From: Octopus vulgaris
Lineage: Eukaryota
Assembly: GCA_951406725.2 (NCBI GenBank)
Contig: OX597818.1
Coordinates: 62,868,001 to 62,932,000 of the forward strand
Reading direction: 5' to 3'
DNA: 64,000 nt
The notes beneath the pieces are model-generated. The model ran no database searches and was not told the DNA's origin. It was given only the letters and a program-made list of their open reading frames with translations. Every line of letters begins with the position of its first letter. Positions within the stretch are counted from its first letter, which is position 1. This document shows, piece after piece, positions 42,363 to 57,119 of this stretch. The position numbers and the translations under genes were made by a program.

Positions 42363-43734
42363 CTTATATACTCGTAGTTTATAATTTTTCTGTTTCGTTG
42401 ATTGTGTTGCCCTATACTGGCTGTCTGTGTGTCTTTCTACGTATTTATGCGTATATATTATGTATGCTGGCAACACAACTAAGATTCGCTGAATTCGACG
42501 AATTTTGACAATTGTTCTTCCCTTTGTGACATCAGTAAAATTTTGGTTTAGGAACGAAGAAATGATTTTCGATAAAAATATAAAATGTTGAGAACATATG
42601 TTGGAAAGTGCAAAACCTTTTCCATTAATGATCTGATTCCCAGTAATGTTCAATGAAATGTTAACAATATCTTTCTTGCGTCAAGCTTGTTTTGTACTTG
42701 GCAGGAACACTTATTGGAGTGTTCCACCAGCAAACCTTGAGCTTAAACAAATGGAAATATCCAAACCCCGAAAATGATTTTACATTTATCCTTGGGCAGT
42801 TTTCGTAGGAACAGCGATGTTTTATATTCAGAGGTGTCAAACCATACCAAGAAAGACATTTCTGTGCGGCTTCTTATTGCATATGTCATGCCCTCCACTA
42901 CGTAATCGACAATTTCGGTTACGTTTTCAGAGCTTAAGGGCTTGATTCTCTATATTGTTCAACATATATTTAGTAGCTGTCTCCTTCGAAATCTGGTATG
43001 TTGATCTAATGACAGCTAATCTAATTAATTGTATATCATTTATCAAATTATTGTCAGATTGCTACCGAATGAATATCAACGATAGCTAAAGGGTGCTCAA
43101 TAATTTAGTATATATTATGAATATCATAAGTACATAGCAGTAATTATATAGTCCACATATGCAATAAATTATAAAGGAAGAATAAATCACTGCCTATAAT
43201 AAAACGTAATATCCCTAGAAAAGGTACACAGAGGATGTATATTCTGTTAAACACTTTATTAAGGAAAATCGGTAAGTAATCCTAATCAATTGTTTAGGAC
43301 AATAAATAGGAATAAATAGTATATAAATTAGTAGATGTAAATGACATCATTATCTTGTAATGATGAGTAATTCCACACATACCAACCTCTCATGATATTT
43401 CACCACTGTAATAAATTATTTTCTACTTTTTTTTCCATTTGAAGTTTTGTGTTTGTTTACGTCGAATTATTGCATAAATCAATTTTTGTCATTTATAGTT
43501 CAAGTGGCTTTTATTAGAGTTAATCGCTTATATATAGGAACTGGAAGCATAAATACGTTCGAGTTCTATGGAACCAGAAAGGATTATAACGCTGTTAAAG
43601 TTACAATTTGTTAGATGTTGTACAGCTTTCCACAGACACATATACAGAGCCACGCACACACAATGGGATACACACGCGCACGCACACACACACAAACCAT
43701 AGTGTATTATAAACAAAACACTAATATATATATG

Positions 43735-43790
<56 letters not shown>

Positions 43791-43891
43791 TTCAGCAAAA
43801 TTTAGATTCAAATGAATATGGTACTTAAGTCAAATACACCTGAATTTTGTACGGTATTATCCATATAAATCCATGGGTTGCTTACTTTGAG

Positions 43892-43926
<35 letters not shown>

Positions 43927-44134
43927 TTGTGTGTGTGTATACAGGGTGCGTAAGGTACTCGATGACATTATGTTTGGGGTCATTGCTGCATTTTTTGCTA
44001 ACTCTGTATAATCTTTGTTTCAGAAAATAATAACAGCAGGCCTTCAGCTTATTCAAGAAATGATGAGGCCTGCTGTTATTGTGGTTGTAAAAGCTGACTA
44101 AAGAGATTTAAAGATATCTCGACTTTTAAATTTT

Positions 44135-44255
44135 GCCACAAGGATGAAAGGCAAAGTCGACTTCGACGTAATTTGAACTCAGAATGATGCAAGGACGAAC
44201 GAAAAGCTGCTGAGCGTTTTGCCCGGTGTGCTAACATCCCGCCAGCTCGCCACCT
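44135..44255 (-). mobile_element. SINE family B 5' fragment
   Basis: ggatgaaaggcaaagtcgac..gaactcaga..gccagctcgccacctt. Confidence 0.78.
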
Positions 44256-45401
44256 TGAAGAATGACGTTCTTTCATTTTCTGATGTTATAGTAAAATTTA
44301 AAAGAGATTTCAGTTTTATTATATTACATATAAAATATTACAAGCAAATTAAACATGTTCAATGATGAATAAATAATACCAAAATATATTTAAGTCTCCA
44401 GCTTTGTTATTACATAACTAATCTACATAAATATTTCCCATTATTTTCAATTCTTACGTAATCCTCTAAAAAATATCACTTTTACGCCAAGACCTAAATG
44501 TATACTGCCAAGCAAGAAGCTTCACTGGTGTCGTAGTATCTCTTTGCAACTGCAACTCTCCTGCCATTCTCTAAAGTAGCAAAGAATTTCCATATTGAAT
44601 GGCACCGATGTAGGTGAGGATTCGTTTCTACTTCTTCAATTTGACATCTTCGTATAATTACAATAGATATCTCTATGAGAGTGCAGAACCTTCAGGGTAA
44701 AGACAAGAGTCGGTTCAGTGATATGTAACTTAAATTCCTTCAAATAAGAAATAAAAATCAATTCTTCTAATGAGGATAAAAATATAGAATAAGCTGTTCT
44801 CATGAAAAATATTACACAAAATTGAATGTGCTGAGTATCCCTAGAAGTTCTAGAAGTGATTACATTTTACTCCCTGCTCTCTCATCAGCATATATGTTAA
44901 AGTGACAAAACTACTTTGGAGCGAGAAAATAGTCCGGCTTTGTTTAGTTACTGAATATGAATGAAGATCAAAGACAATGGTCAATAGACTGCTTTTAACC
45001 AATTATAAGCAGTACTGCTCTTACACATGATTAAAGAAGAGTGCACTGGTTACTGGAGAACTGTAACTCATAAATGCAATACAATAATTTTTTGGTTAAA
45101 TCCATTTCCTCCGAAGACAGAATTGATACATATCACCGAACCCACTCTTGTCTTTACCCTGAAGGATCTGCACTTTCATACAGATATATATATATTGTAA
45201 TTATACGAAGATGTCAAATTGAAGAAGTACAAACGAATCCTCATCTACATCGGTGCCATTCAATATGGAAATATTTACGGATGTCAGAGAAGCGGCTTGC
45301 TTCCTCTGATTGAAGAATAACCAGCCTAACGTAAAAGAATTGCCTGACTATTATAATTTAGGCCAAACAACAGGCGTTTATCGTTGTCTAATGAATAGTC
45401 A

Positions 45402-45616
45402 CTTTTACTCTTTTACACTTTTCAGTCATTTGACTGTGGCCATGCTGGAGCACCGCCTTTACTCGAGCAAAACGACCACAGGACTTATTCTTTGTAATCC
45501 TAGTACTTGTTCTATCGGTCTCTTTTGCCGAACCGCTAAGTTACGGGGATGTAAACACACCTGCATCAGTTGTCAAGCGTTGTTGGGGGAGGGGGACAAA
45601 ACAGACACACGCACAC

Positions 45617-45657
<41 letters not shown>

Positions 45658-45838
45658 TAATATATATATATACGACGGGCTTCTTTCAGTTTCCGTCTAC
45701 CAAATACATTCACAAAGCATTGGTTGGCCCGAGGCTATAGTAGAAGACACTTGCACAAGGTGCCCCGCAGTGGGACTGAACTCATAAACCATGTAGTTCG
45801 TAACCAAGCTACTTACCACACAGCCACTCATACGCCTA
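45402..45838 (-). mobile_element. SINE family A, full length
   Basis: Tail, body, internal (TA)n, cttgcacaaggtgcc and tRNA head all present. Confidence 0.9.
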
Positions 45839-45965
45839 TAATTTGAGAGATGACTATTTCATAAAAGTTGAATAGAGGTTTACCCGAAGGGGTATAACTT
45901 CAGCTGAACGTTACTCGCTCCTACTCATGAATGTATGAGGTAACAGATTCTACCCTTCTATAACC

Positions 45966-46442
<477 letters not shown>

Positions 46443-47460
46443 TACTGTATTACTGCGACTACTTTGTTGCACTCTTAATTGTTTTGGACCGAGTATAGGA
46501 AGCTTCTGTGCTAGAAATAATAGTCCAATTTCTTTTAAATCTTACCATAGCATCTGCAAAGAAAAGACCTAAAATAATATTCTAGATAATATTCAAATAT
46601 TTGTAAAAGAAAAAGAATTTACAATATTTTATTTCAAAACGGAACATATCGAATCATTGCTGATCTGTCTAATTATAGGTTCGTTTAGTAAGAGCCGACC
46701 TGGGGTGAATGAACAAGAGCAACAAAAATTTTAGTTGTAACCTATCCCTCCTCCTCCTCTTTCTCGCCCACAATCTCACTCTCTCTCTCACTCACTGCCC
46801 CTCCCACTTTCTCTCTCACTCACTCACTCTTTCTCTCGGTCACTCCTACTCTCTCTCTTTCCCACTCGCAGGAACCCTTTTGTTCGTGACGTCAGTGTTC
46901 TTATCTCAGCATGGTATAATGACTTAATCACATCTATATACTTTAGTAAATGCTATTTGCCAACGTAGGCCACCAGTAATTTCACCAGACTCCACATTTT
47001 ACTTATTTATACACTATCCAGACTAATAAGAGCCATAATACTTAGGAATTAAATGTGACATTTCTAAATGCAAATGGAACCCCTGCAATCATTAGTATAC
47101 ACAGGAAGTTTAGCTTTTTCATTTATTTATGATCGAAGATTGAAATTAATTACTTCCTTTCATTCTAATGTAGATGGCTCTCTATTGGCGTTAAACATGC
47201 TGACGATATCTGAATGCTCACGAACATTGAAGATATCCCATCGTTCAAGACAATTGGTGTAAAAATATTGCAGGTGATACCACGTTATTGATGGTAACAC
47301 ATCGTTAACGGAACCATATCATTTGCTGGCATCATTTCTCTCACGAACAACGCCAGAGAGGCTTCACAACACTTACACAACCGTGCTAAGTTCAATAGTA
47401 ACCGAACAAATACGCACACGCACATGCATGCATGGGTGTCTGTATATCTCTCTCCCTCTC

Positions 47461-47507
<47 letters not shown>

Positions 47508-47780
47508 TTATATATATATATATAAATATATACATATATATACATACATACATACATACATATATATATATATACATATTTATATATACACATATATGAC
47601 TGTGGCCATGCTGAAGCAGCACCCTTTGTTGGACAAATTGACCTCAGGACAAATTCTTTCTAAGCCTGGTACTTATTCCATTGGTTCAGTTGACAATGAT
47701 ACGACCGGACACCGCTACGTTCTTTCATACATAATGTACTCTATTCCTCATATGGTTTGCAGATAAGTATATATTCTCTA

Positions 47781-47826
<46 letters not shown>

Positions 47827-47960
47827 GGTTATGAGAGGTAATATTGTCATTGAGACCCAAAGTTGTCAGGTAATGCTGAATAAATGCTATAGATTGATCA
47901 TAGTTCTGTTCCAGATTCGGTTCAACTTTGGTCATATCTCATCGTTTGTATATACAATTT

Positions 47961-48070
47961 TTTTTCTTAATGAGATAAAAAAATCAAGGCTGTGTAGATT
48001 TTAGAGCATTTGTAGACAAATGTTCTAAAATCTACACAAGCTTGGTTTTTTTTTATCTCATTACGAAAAA
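47961..48070. repeat. Near-perfect palindrome (~54-bp arms, 2-nt loop)
   Basis: taatgagataaaaaaatcaaggctgtgtagattttagagcatttgt-ag-acaaatgttctaaaatctacacaagcttggttttttttatctcatta. Confidence 0.88.
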
Positions 48071-48416
48071 TATATATATATATATATGTATGTATGTATA
48101 TACAGAACTGTAAAACTACGCAAGACTTTTCAAAAGTTAAACAAGGAACACAATTTTCTGCTACCAAAATTCCAGCTTTGTCCCCGTGTTTTTTTCCTTA
48201 GAACCCAGCTAACATTTTAGAAACGATTCACATGAAAAAAAGATATAACATATCAACTATAAACATACACAATGCTAGCAGTTTACTTCTATTGTTATTG
48301 TTGTGGTCGTTGGTGGTGGTGGTGGTGGTGGTGGTAGTAGTGTTGGTGGTGGTGTCGACGTATGTATGTTGTTGATAGTGTTGAAGATTTAATTCTTATT
48401 ATGTATGATAAATAGG

Positions 48417-48728
48417 TGGAGGCGCAATGGTCCAGTGTGTAGGGTAGCGGACTCGCAGTCGTGGGATCGCGGCTTTGATTCCCAGATAGGGCGTTGTGTG
48501 TGTTTATTGAGCGAAAACTCCTAATGGTCCACGAGGCTCCGGCAGGAGTGGGTGAACTCTCCTGTAGACTTTTCACCACATTTTTTTCTCGATCTTAATA
48601 AGAATATTTCTTTTTCTGCTATATCTGTATTTCAAAGGGCCAGCTTTGTCACACACTGTGTCACGCTGTGTCAGGCTGTTCCGTTGATCGGATCAACCGG
48701 AACCCTCGTCGAAACCGACTGAGTTCCA
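48417..48728 (+). mobile_element. tRNA-derived SINE (family C-related head) followed by family D tail
   Basis: ggaggcgcaatggtccagtg..gattcccag head; gttccgttgatcggatcaaccggaaccctcgtcg tail. Confidence 0.75.
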
Positions 48729-49039
48729 CGATTATACCTATGTAGTTAAAATCGGTCCTGGTTGTAGTCGACGAATATCCTACACTGCGGTACACCTTGA
48801 CATATTGAACTCCCCTTCACTGGTGAATTGGTAAGAGCACAAACCGTTTAAAGGGAAGAGAATTTCTCCGGTAACAAAAAGCAATATCGGTTAGATATTC
48901 ACTGAATGGTTTCGAAATGGATACGTAAATGTTTAGAGTTTTACTGTAATGCGTGCACCCCATGGATTGTGGTAATCGTCATCATGCATCGGTGAATAAT
49001 TTGTTTGCTGATTCTTATAAACATGGCCTGCGCTCATTT

Positions 49040-49612
49040 TAGTACGCCGGGTGAAATGCTTAGCAGTATTTCGTCTGCCGTTACGTTCCGAGTTCAAATT
49101 CCGCCGAGGTCTACTTTGCCTTTCATCCTTTCGGTGTCGATTAAGTAAGTACCAGTTACGCACTGGGGTCGATGCAATCGACTTAATCCGTTTGTCTGTC
49201 CTTGTTTGTCCTGTCTGTCTTTAGCCCCTTGTAGGCAGTAAAGAAACAGGTATTTCGCCTGCCGCTCGTTCAAATTCCGCCGAGGTCGACTTTGCCTTTC
49301 ATCGTTTCGGCGTCGATTAAATAAGTACCAGTTACGCAATGGGGTCGATATAATCGACTTAATCTGTTTGTCTGTCCTTGTTTGTCCTCTCTGTGTTTAG
49401 CCCCTTGTGGGTAGTAAAGAAATAGGTATTTCATCTGCCGTTACGTTCTGATTTCAAAATTCCGCCGAGGTCGACGTTGCCTTCCATCCTTTCGGGGTCG
49501 ATAAATTAAGTACCAATTACGCAATTGGGGACAATGTAATCAACTTAATCCGTTTGTCTGTCCTAGTTTGTCCCCATTGTGTTTAGCCCCTTGTGGGCAG
49601 TAAAGAAATAAA
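49040..49612 (+). mobile_element. SINE family B trimer
   Basis: Three ~175-185-nt units joined at gaaa(t/c)aggtatttc. Confidence 0.9.
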
Positions 49613-49869
49613 ATTCACTGTTCTAGGAGAGTAGCTATGACTGAGGAGAGAAACAAGACGGTTTGGAAGAATGAAGTGCCTTAGTGTCCTTTTACGGTGG
49701 CGAATCACGTGTGCTAAGGAATCCACTTCATCTACAAGGCGACGGTGAGCTTCGGTGACGAAAAGCAACACCGAGCAAGTATTTAAATTTAAAAGTGCCT
49801 GACCATATTACGAATATGGTCAGAAGCAAAATAATAGGATAGCTGAAAATACACGCAGCAAGTTTTCTT

Positions 49870-51030
49870 AGCATCTTATTCGTTGCGATGTAGCAGCATC
49901 CCGTTTTCGTGTATTCTGTATTTTGTGGGAGATATTTTGTTTTTACTGATATCTCTCTCCAATTCTTTATTCTTGATTTGTCGCTTCGTTGTTGATTTCA
50001 TTAAAGTCTTTCTATTTTTATTGTGTGTGGTTTTTCTCTCTTCCTTAGATTGGGTTCTTGTTACACCTATACGAATATATTTAATTACTCCATTTCCTTT
50101 GTGCCTTCTGCATATATTAGTTTGCTTAAACAGATAATATTGACGTTCACAGGGTTTTTAATTAAGTCTTCTTCGTTTATTAAATTGCTTTTATTTTATT
50201 GTTGAGATTTCTCTTTAGACACTATTTTCGATTTTCCTTTGTGGATTCTGTTGTTTTTATTCTTTAATTACAACAGTCTTTACATTGTTACGAGTGTGAT
50301 TTCTACCTTAACTGGGTTTTTTTTTTTATATATTCTACAATATTTCTCATTTAAATTTTATTTATATTTCTGTGTTTTTGCCACTGAATTTTCTTGGCCC
50401 GTATTGTGCAGGCGTTTTAGGGTTTATTCAAATGCATTTCATCGTTGTCATTGGTAACCGTGTGTGTTAAGCCCATGGCATTCCTGTATGTTAAGCACAT
50501 CATCGTTATTTATATTCTGTATGTTTTATCCAAGTTTTGTGTCTCTTAATTGGGGTTTTCCTTATGTATCCCGTTTTTTCACAATGGCGTTCGATTTCTG
50601 ATATTTTATCGTTTACAATGTTTCTCCTCAAGTAGCTCGCCTCTTCGGGACCAAGATTAAGCTCAAGTTCCCATCAAATTTTATGTAAGTATGTTATCGT
50701 CGTTTCGATTTCTTTGGCTAAAGCCTTGCTGTAACGTATTGTCGAAGTGAAATCCATTCTTTTCGCATCTATTATAAATTCCTATGCTATGTTTGCGTGA
50801 TTGTGAAACAAAATTCCTGTTATTTGTTTAGATTGCCAACATTTCCATCGATTCCCACTATATTCCTTTCTGGAAATATCGACATTTGGACTTTCCATAT
50901 TACGTACATTCTTAGATTGAGAGAAGGCTTTCAACTATCAACCTTGGAGTCATTCTTATTTGCAGTTTGGATTATTTTGTTCTAGAGGCGTGCGAAAGTG
51001 CGCAGACTTGATAGAAACTGTATCCTAATA
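49870..51030 (-). mobile_element. Possible highly decayed LINE-like coding relic
   Basis: 1.1 kb of microsatellite-free sequence with strong T-skew on + (A-rich on -); no unambiguous motif read. Confidence 0.3.
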
Positions 51031-51054
51031 GCTTCTTTATATATATATATATAT

Positions 51055-51104
<50 letters not shown>

Positions 51105-51350
51105 CATAAGGGACTAAAGCCATCTGAATATGGCTAGGGACAGGGCGGGTATATATATATATATATATATAAAATAGTAAAGACTGAAAAAACTACAGAA
51201 GGCTTAAATGTTAAAAAATATATATATTTGCGTCAATATGTCTGAAGAATATTATACATTTTTTTTTCCCTTATAATGACATAATTTAAAAGAAAGACCG
51301 GTTTCGCGTGTAGCTTTTCAAATTTCTTGCGACGTTCACAAACCAACTTT

Positions 51351-51390
<40 letters not shown>

Positions 51391-51833
51391 TATACACGTA
51401 CTGTGGATGGCCGTCTACCCAGAAAAAATTGCAATATAACAATTATATTATAAATTCACAAATATTACACGTTTGATCTTCATTTCTGCGACGACCAGCT
51501 TCATTGCTCCTCGCCTTTATTTGATATATTTTGCACAAAGATATGTTTTCAGATTGAACATAAATGTAAGTGAAAGTTTGTTGTGGTAGTTTGTAGTTTC
51601 TCCAGCTGGTTAAATTCCCACTTCAACATACGCCGCGGTTAGACTCTCATCATTGGGTGGTATACAAAATACTTAATCGATGAAGTACGGCGTCCATTGA
51701 ATCGATTAAACTCTGCTCTAAATCCTTTGGTCCGGAATTATATTTTAAATTATCTTCCTCATCATCCACATCATACTGATCCTCATCATCTTCATATACC
51801 TCATCCTGCACCACATGATTATTATTATTATTA

Positions 51834-51892
<59 letters not shown>

Positions 51893-51928
51893 GGCATCAG
51901 CAGGAGTAGCAGCAGAAGCAGCAGCAGC

Positions 51929-51971
<43 letters not shown>

Positions 51972-52207
51972 TACAAGATGGGGTGCTGGATGGATCGTTA
52001 GCACGCCTGGCATAGCTTTATGTTCGGAGTATAAATTCCTCAGAGATCACCTTCGCCGTCCAATCATTGAAGATCAGTATATTAAAGTACCAGTAAAGTA
52101 GTGAGATCGATGTAATCAATTACCCACCATACCCTGAAATTGTTAGCCTAGTGGTAAACTTGCAAAATATTATTACCATTATTATTGTTATTATTATTGT
52201 TATTATT

Positions 52208-52249
<42 letters not shown>

Positions 52250-52439
52250 GCTGCTGCTGCTGCTGTTGTTGTCGAGTGAGAAAGCAACAAACGCCAACAA
52301 AATTACTCTGGGGGACGTTTATAAGAAATGCAATAAACTCATCATGATAACCCGTCTTATAGGGTTGCCCCGTTTTACATACAACACCGCCATGGTGATG
52401 TCATATCAAGATGAGCAGCGTGCATGCGTTGATAAGCAA

Positions 52440-52796
52440 TATTACCTCAGCCTTCTCTAAGGCGTGGGTATTGTTTTCCATCGTGTTTGTTTGTCCGTGA
52501 TATCTCAAGAACCGCTGGATGGATTCTGATGAACCTTTCAGGGACGTTTGGACTCGGGACTGGCACCAACTGATTAGATTTTAGGACGGATCTGGTAGTA
52601 CACGAGGATTCTGAATTATTTTCCTGATTTCCTTACTTAATTTTTGAGAGCGATCGGTTCATTTTTAGTATTCTTGTTTCTGAAAGCAGTCGAGTTTATT
52701 TCAGGTATTCTCATGTAAAAAATACTCTCTGGATAATCGTTGAGAGGACGTTAGTGTTGCCTTGGCAGAGGTCTGCACTTTCCGAATGCTCTTGTT
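52440..52796 (+). mobile_element. Helentron-associated non-autonomous element (HINE/DINE-1-like)
   Basis: 5' tattacctcagcctt..aaggcg, gtttgtttgtccg micro-repeat, 3' subterminal inverted repeat ccttggcagaggt, hairpin gcactttccgaatgc, then cttgtt. Confidence 0.75.
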
Positions 52797-52952
52797 ATTA
52801 TTATTTTCATATATACTCAACAGATTAGACTGTTAGGAAAGAAAAGAATACTAACACCTGGCTAAAATAAGTAGCCTTAGATGCCAATAACCCTCTTATT
52901 GAATTATAGCAAGTAACCTTACAAGACAAAAACATTTCATAATATCCTAGCA

Positions 52953-53018
52953 GGATAATCGTTCAGGGGACATTGGTGTTGCCTTGGTGGAGGTTTGTTC
53001 TCTGTGAGTGCTCTTGCT
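52953..53018 (+). mobile_element. Second, isolated 3' end of the same Helentron-type element
   Basis: ggataatcgtt..gttgccttggtggaggtttgttctctgtgagtgctcttg matches 52731-52795. Confidence 0.7.
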
Positions 53019-53905
53019 TTGATTATGTTACCTGTATCTATTTCATATATTAATGAATATTTTTACACGTTTAAACCAGTAATTTTTTTATAAGATTGTT
53101 TCTATCTCGAAATGTACCCTAGTAAATAAACTTTCAGTTAATTCCCTCTATCGGATTTTATAAATGTCTACAGCCTTTCATTTGTGCTAGTTCATATTGT
53201 CATTATTTGAAATCATTACTTTGCAGTATCATGTTTGCAGTTGTCTTTCCTTGCTTGCTATTTCCTGCGACCCTCTTCGATACTAAAATGTTTTTTTCTT
53301 TTCTAGTTGAGGAATCGTTATGAAATCGTACACAGCATGCTGTGTAAGGTTTATTTGAAACACGCCTCATACCATAGACCATCGCTCTAGTTATATTTAG
53401 TTTGAAACTCTTAGGTAGAAATCGATGACTCGAACAAAATAAGTAAAAAATATCACATACATCTATTCTGATCCTGGGTTTAGAATAAGACATTTTCCAA
53501 GAATGATGTAAGTCAGGCAAGCAAATACGAATGTGAAATGATTAGCTATTTTAAGGCTGACAAAAAAATTGTAGAAATAGATAGTTACTATTTTGTTTAT
53601 CGTTTTCGTTTTTTTTTAATACATTTCTGAGAACTTTCAAAAAGTGAAACATCCAACAGCTTTGAAATTTCTGAATTTAAGTGTTGCACATAAACTCTTA
53701 TCACGCACAAAACTGCTTAGATCTCTCGTTTTACCCATTCTCACATATATTCAAGTAATCAATAAAACAGTAGAGATTTATCTTGCTTGTATATATTCGC
53801 AAGACAACCTATCTGACGGACGTGAAATCGGTTACATATACCCATGCATACATTCGCAGACATACGCAATCGAACATATAAATATGCATGCTTACACGAA
53901 CTTAA

Positions 53906-53907
<2 letters not shown>

Positions 53908-53955
<48 letters not shown>

Positions 53956-53977
53956 ATATATATATACATACACACAC

Positions 53978-54008
<31 letters not shown>

Positions 54009-54041
54009 TATATAAATATATATATATACATACACATACAC

Positions 54042-54099
<58 letters not shown>

Positions 54100-54135
54100 A
54101 TATACATACACACACATATATATATACATATATAT

Positions 54136-54168
<33 letters not shown>

Positions 54169-54187
54169 CATACACATACACATATAC

Positions 54188-54236
<49 letters not shown>

Positions 54237-54237
54237 C
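53908..54237. repeat. (TA)n/(CA)n compound microsatellite with ~140-nt higher-order duplication
   Basis: Direct inspection. Confidence 0.92.
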
Positions 54238-55002
54238 AAAGCATTGTAATCTAGGAGTTAAAAATATATTATCTATACGATTTGAAGAAAATCCATCTAG
54301 AAGGCTTAGAGAAACAACTGAATGCATTTTCGGCTAGCATAATAGAATTTCTAAGAAACACCTTCTACATGAATCACATCAAACATTTGCAAATATCAAT
54401 AAGCAAACAGCCATAAATATTTATCCAAACAAAGTATTTTGCGCTGTAACATCTAAACAAACCACAGAAATGTAATTTAGAGAAAATAACTCGATAAAGC
54501 CAAATAAACTTACACTCGTTCACAATAGAAACTATTGTTAACACTAGATCTATGGTATGAATGAATGAAATTTCAGTGATAATATTTTAACTTTAATAAA
54601 CATGTAAGGGTCATATGTATATGCACTTCTATATAATGATAATATGGTGTAATGATATTATTGTTCCTAAGTAGTCCCAGTTTGCAATGAATGCATATAT
54701 TCAAAGAAAAAGGTGTGAGTTACGTAAATGTTAGAGCCATATATAAGCTTCAGAAGTATTTTTAGAGTGTTGCACAAAATACATGGATATCAGGTAGCTG
54801 AACGTCTCTATGATGTGAATTCAAATTCCATCTGGGTAGCAACGCTTTTCAACAAGAAACTGTGTACCAGTCATATACTGCAATTGATATTTACCTCTAT
54901 AAACTTCCAAACAAATATGTTTGACCTTCAATTTATTTGAGGAATTAAAATTAGTCCCAATTATGTAGGTTTCCTTTTATATGCTCAGAGGTTCTTTTGT
55001 TA

Positions 55003-55470
55003 CATCCTGGTACTTATTTTATCGCTCTCTTCTCCCGAGCGACAAAGTTACGTGGACGTAAACACGATCAAACACACACACATACACACACACACACACA
55101 CTCATGCTTCAAATTTATAGAAAAACAAAAGACGAAGACATATGTAGGAACAACAAGGATGTGTATTAGTTTAATGCTCGATGAGAACATAAGAGTCTTT
55201 TATGTTTCGAGCCTACGCTCTTCGTCAGAAAAGGATAAGAGAAAATAAATAGAGAAAAAAAAAACGGAGAGAGAAAAACTGCGTAGATTTCAGCGACAGG
55301 CTTCTTCCAGTTTCCGTCTACCTAATTCACTCTCAAGCTTTTCGTCGGCCTGAGATTTGGGTAAATGTATTCTGTTTGCTTGGGCAAGCAGCAGCCACTT
55401 GTTCCAGATTCCAACTATAAAGATCCATGTGGCTGAGAAGCAAACGCCTTTTCCTACAGCCACGCTTGCC
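55003..55470 (-). mobile_element. SINE family A interrupted by an HHR family 2 element
   Basis: aagttacgtggacgtaaac-(CA)n-[insert]-cgacaggcttcttccagtttccgtctacc. Confidence 0.75.
55105..55293 (-). mobile_element. HHR family 2 element with canonical core, nested in SINE microsatellite
   Basis: HHR 55196-55233: tttt-CTGACGA-a-GAGC-gtag-GCTC-GAAACATA-aaag. Confidence 0.75.
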
Positions 55471-56204
55471 TAATAGTGTCGACGTTTTCTCGCTGCCTTT
55501 GACCGAAATCCACCAAATGAGCAATGATACCGAAATCATAAGCCAGAAATAATTCACTGTCAACGAACATCTAAGCGCCTAGATTGACCCAAGGTAAGAA
55601 ACTGAAGCTACAACTAATTCGTTATGCATTTGTATATATTACATTGGGTTGTGAATAAAAAATATTTTCCAAGTTTTCTGGAATGTTAACAAAAAATGTG
55701 TTTGGATTGGAAAATGCTAGAACTCTAGGTGCTGGTTTGAAATGTCTTGCGGAATTCCTGGTCATATATTATAACACTTACCTAACACGGCAACTATCTC
55801 TGAGTTTAATTACTTGCTGCTCGGCGTGTATTTAATCATTAAACATTGACTGTACGCTACCTATTAAAATGATAGCTATCTGTTATTCATAACAATGACC
55901 TAGCTATACTCAATCAGTTTTGGCCGTTTCGAATTGAATAACTGATCGCCGTTGTCTTTCGTTAGGCGAGAACAGTTCCTAGGGAGAGACGATGTTTGTT
56001 CATAATACACGCCATTCAACGGTGTAAAGGGATTTTGAGACTACGTGGTGATTCGACTTTGTTGAGTGTCTCCCACTCAGAGCTACGTCGCCACCGTAAT
56101 GTTGAATCTAACACGATCACGATTCCTTGCTTATAGAAAGCCGCAAATTATATGTCGATGTTTGCTGACGTGTACCAAAAGAAGAATAATCCATAAGGTT
56201 GATT

Positions 56205-56495
56205 GTTCCTTCTCGAGCCACGCCTGGCTCATAAGGGCCGGTTTTCCGGTTTCCTTGGCGTATAGGTTCCCCACCTGGACGGGACACCGGTTCTTCGCAG
56301 GTGAGCTGCAAGATGCAGGAGGAAAGAATGAGAGAAATTTATGGCGAAGGTGTCAGCAGAAGTTCGCCATTACTTTTTGCCGGAGCCACGTGGAACTTAG
56401 GTGTTTCGCTCATAAACACACACATCATCCGGTTTGAGATTCGAACCCACGATCCCTCGATCGCAAGTTCGCTGCTCTAACCACTAAGCCTCCAC
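56205..56495 (-). mobile_element. SINE family C, near full length
   Basis: Head ggaggcttagtggttagagcagcg..gggttcgaatc on the minus strand; matches 16610-16852. Confidence 0.85.
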
Positions 56496-57119
56496 TATTC
56501 ATAAGGTGCACGCAGAACAACGAAAATGCAAGCAAGGAACTATTTTCTGCCTCCCAGATATCTGCATACATCAACAAATAATTTGTTTTTTCCTTTGTAT
56601 AAAGAAGAGCTCTACCAGTTCCCTTGCTAGATTCATCGATTCAGTGACGTTCATTTGAGTTAGTGGCAGAAAATAAAGTCAAAATCCCTCGGAACCTCCG
56701 TTGATTTGCATGGGGTTATGAAGAAACATCGTCTGAAAGGAGTAGATATTCTCTGATGACGAAAAACAAAAGATATATGATATTCATGTTTGAGTTTGCC
56801 AGATCGCATTGGGATTCAATTAACACCTTGTTGTTTGGATTGTCGCTGTTTTACGCGCATCTCATAAATTATCATTAATACTTATTTATCCCCTACTTAA
56901 TTTCAATTGCGCTTTTTTAAAACTTAGGAGGAAACTATTCTTTAACAAGCCAAACATACTGATTAGAAACTACACTTGTAGTATTTCAAGTTAAATAAAA
57001 CTAATATGTTAATGGTTTAACACCAGCATCTTGTTCGTGATTGGTTTGAAGGAGAATTTTGCCATATTCAGTCAAAATTATGTTTGTTTTGCCATTCACC
57101 GAGTCACTGAAAATGCCAA

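Noticed and set aside
43940-44060. TA-CAGGGTG Tc1-like terminus
   Set aside because: No partner TIR or transposase sequence found.
49040-49612. CRISPR-like or tRNA-array interpretation of the tandem units
   Set aside because: Units are ~185-nt SINE bodies without unique spacers; eukaryotic context; no complete cloverleaf.
49799-49823. 11-bp-arm hairpin ctgaccatatt-acg-aatatggtcag
   Set aside because: Too short and isolated to assign a function.
49883-50457. Hydrophobic ORFs resembling membrane proteins
   Set aside because: Result of T-rich strand skew; more likely antisense to a decayed element.
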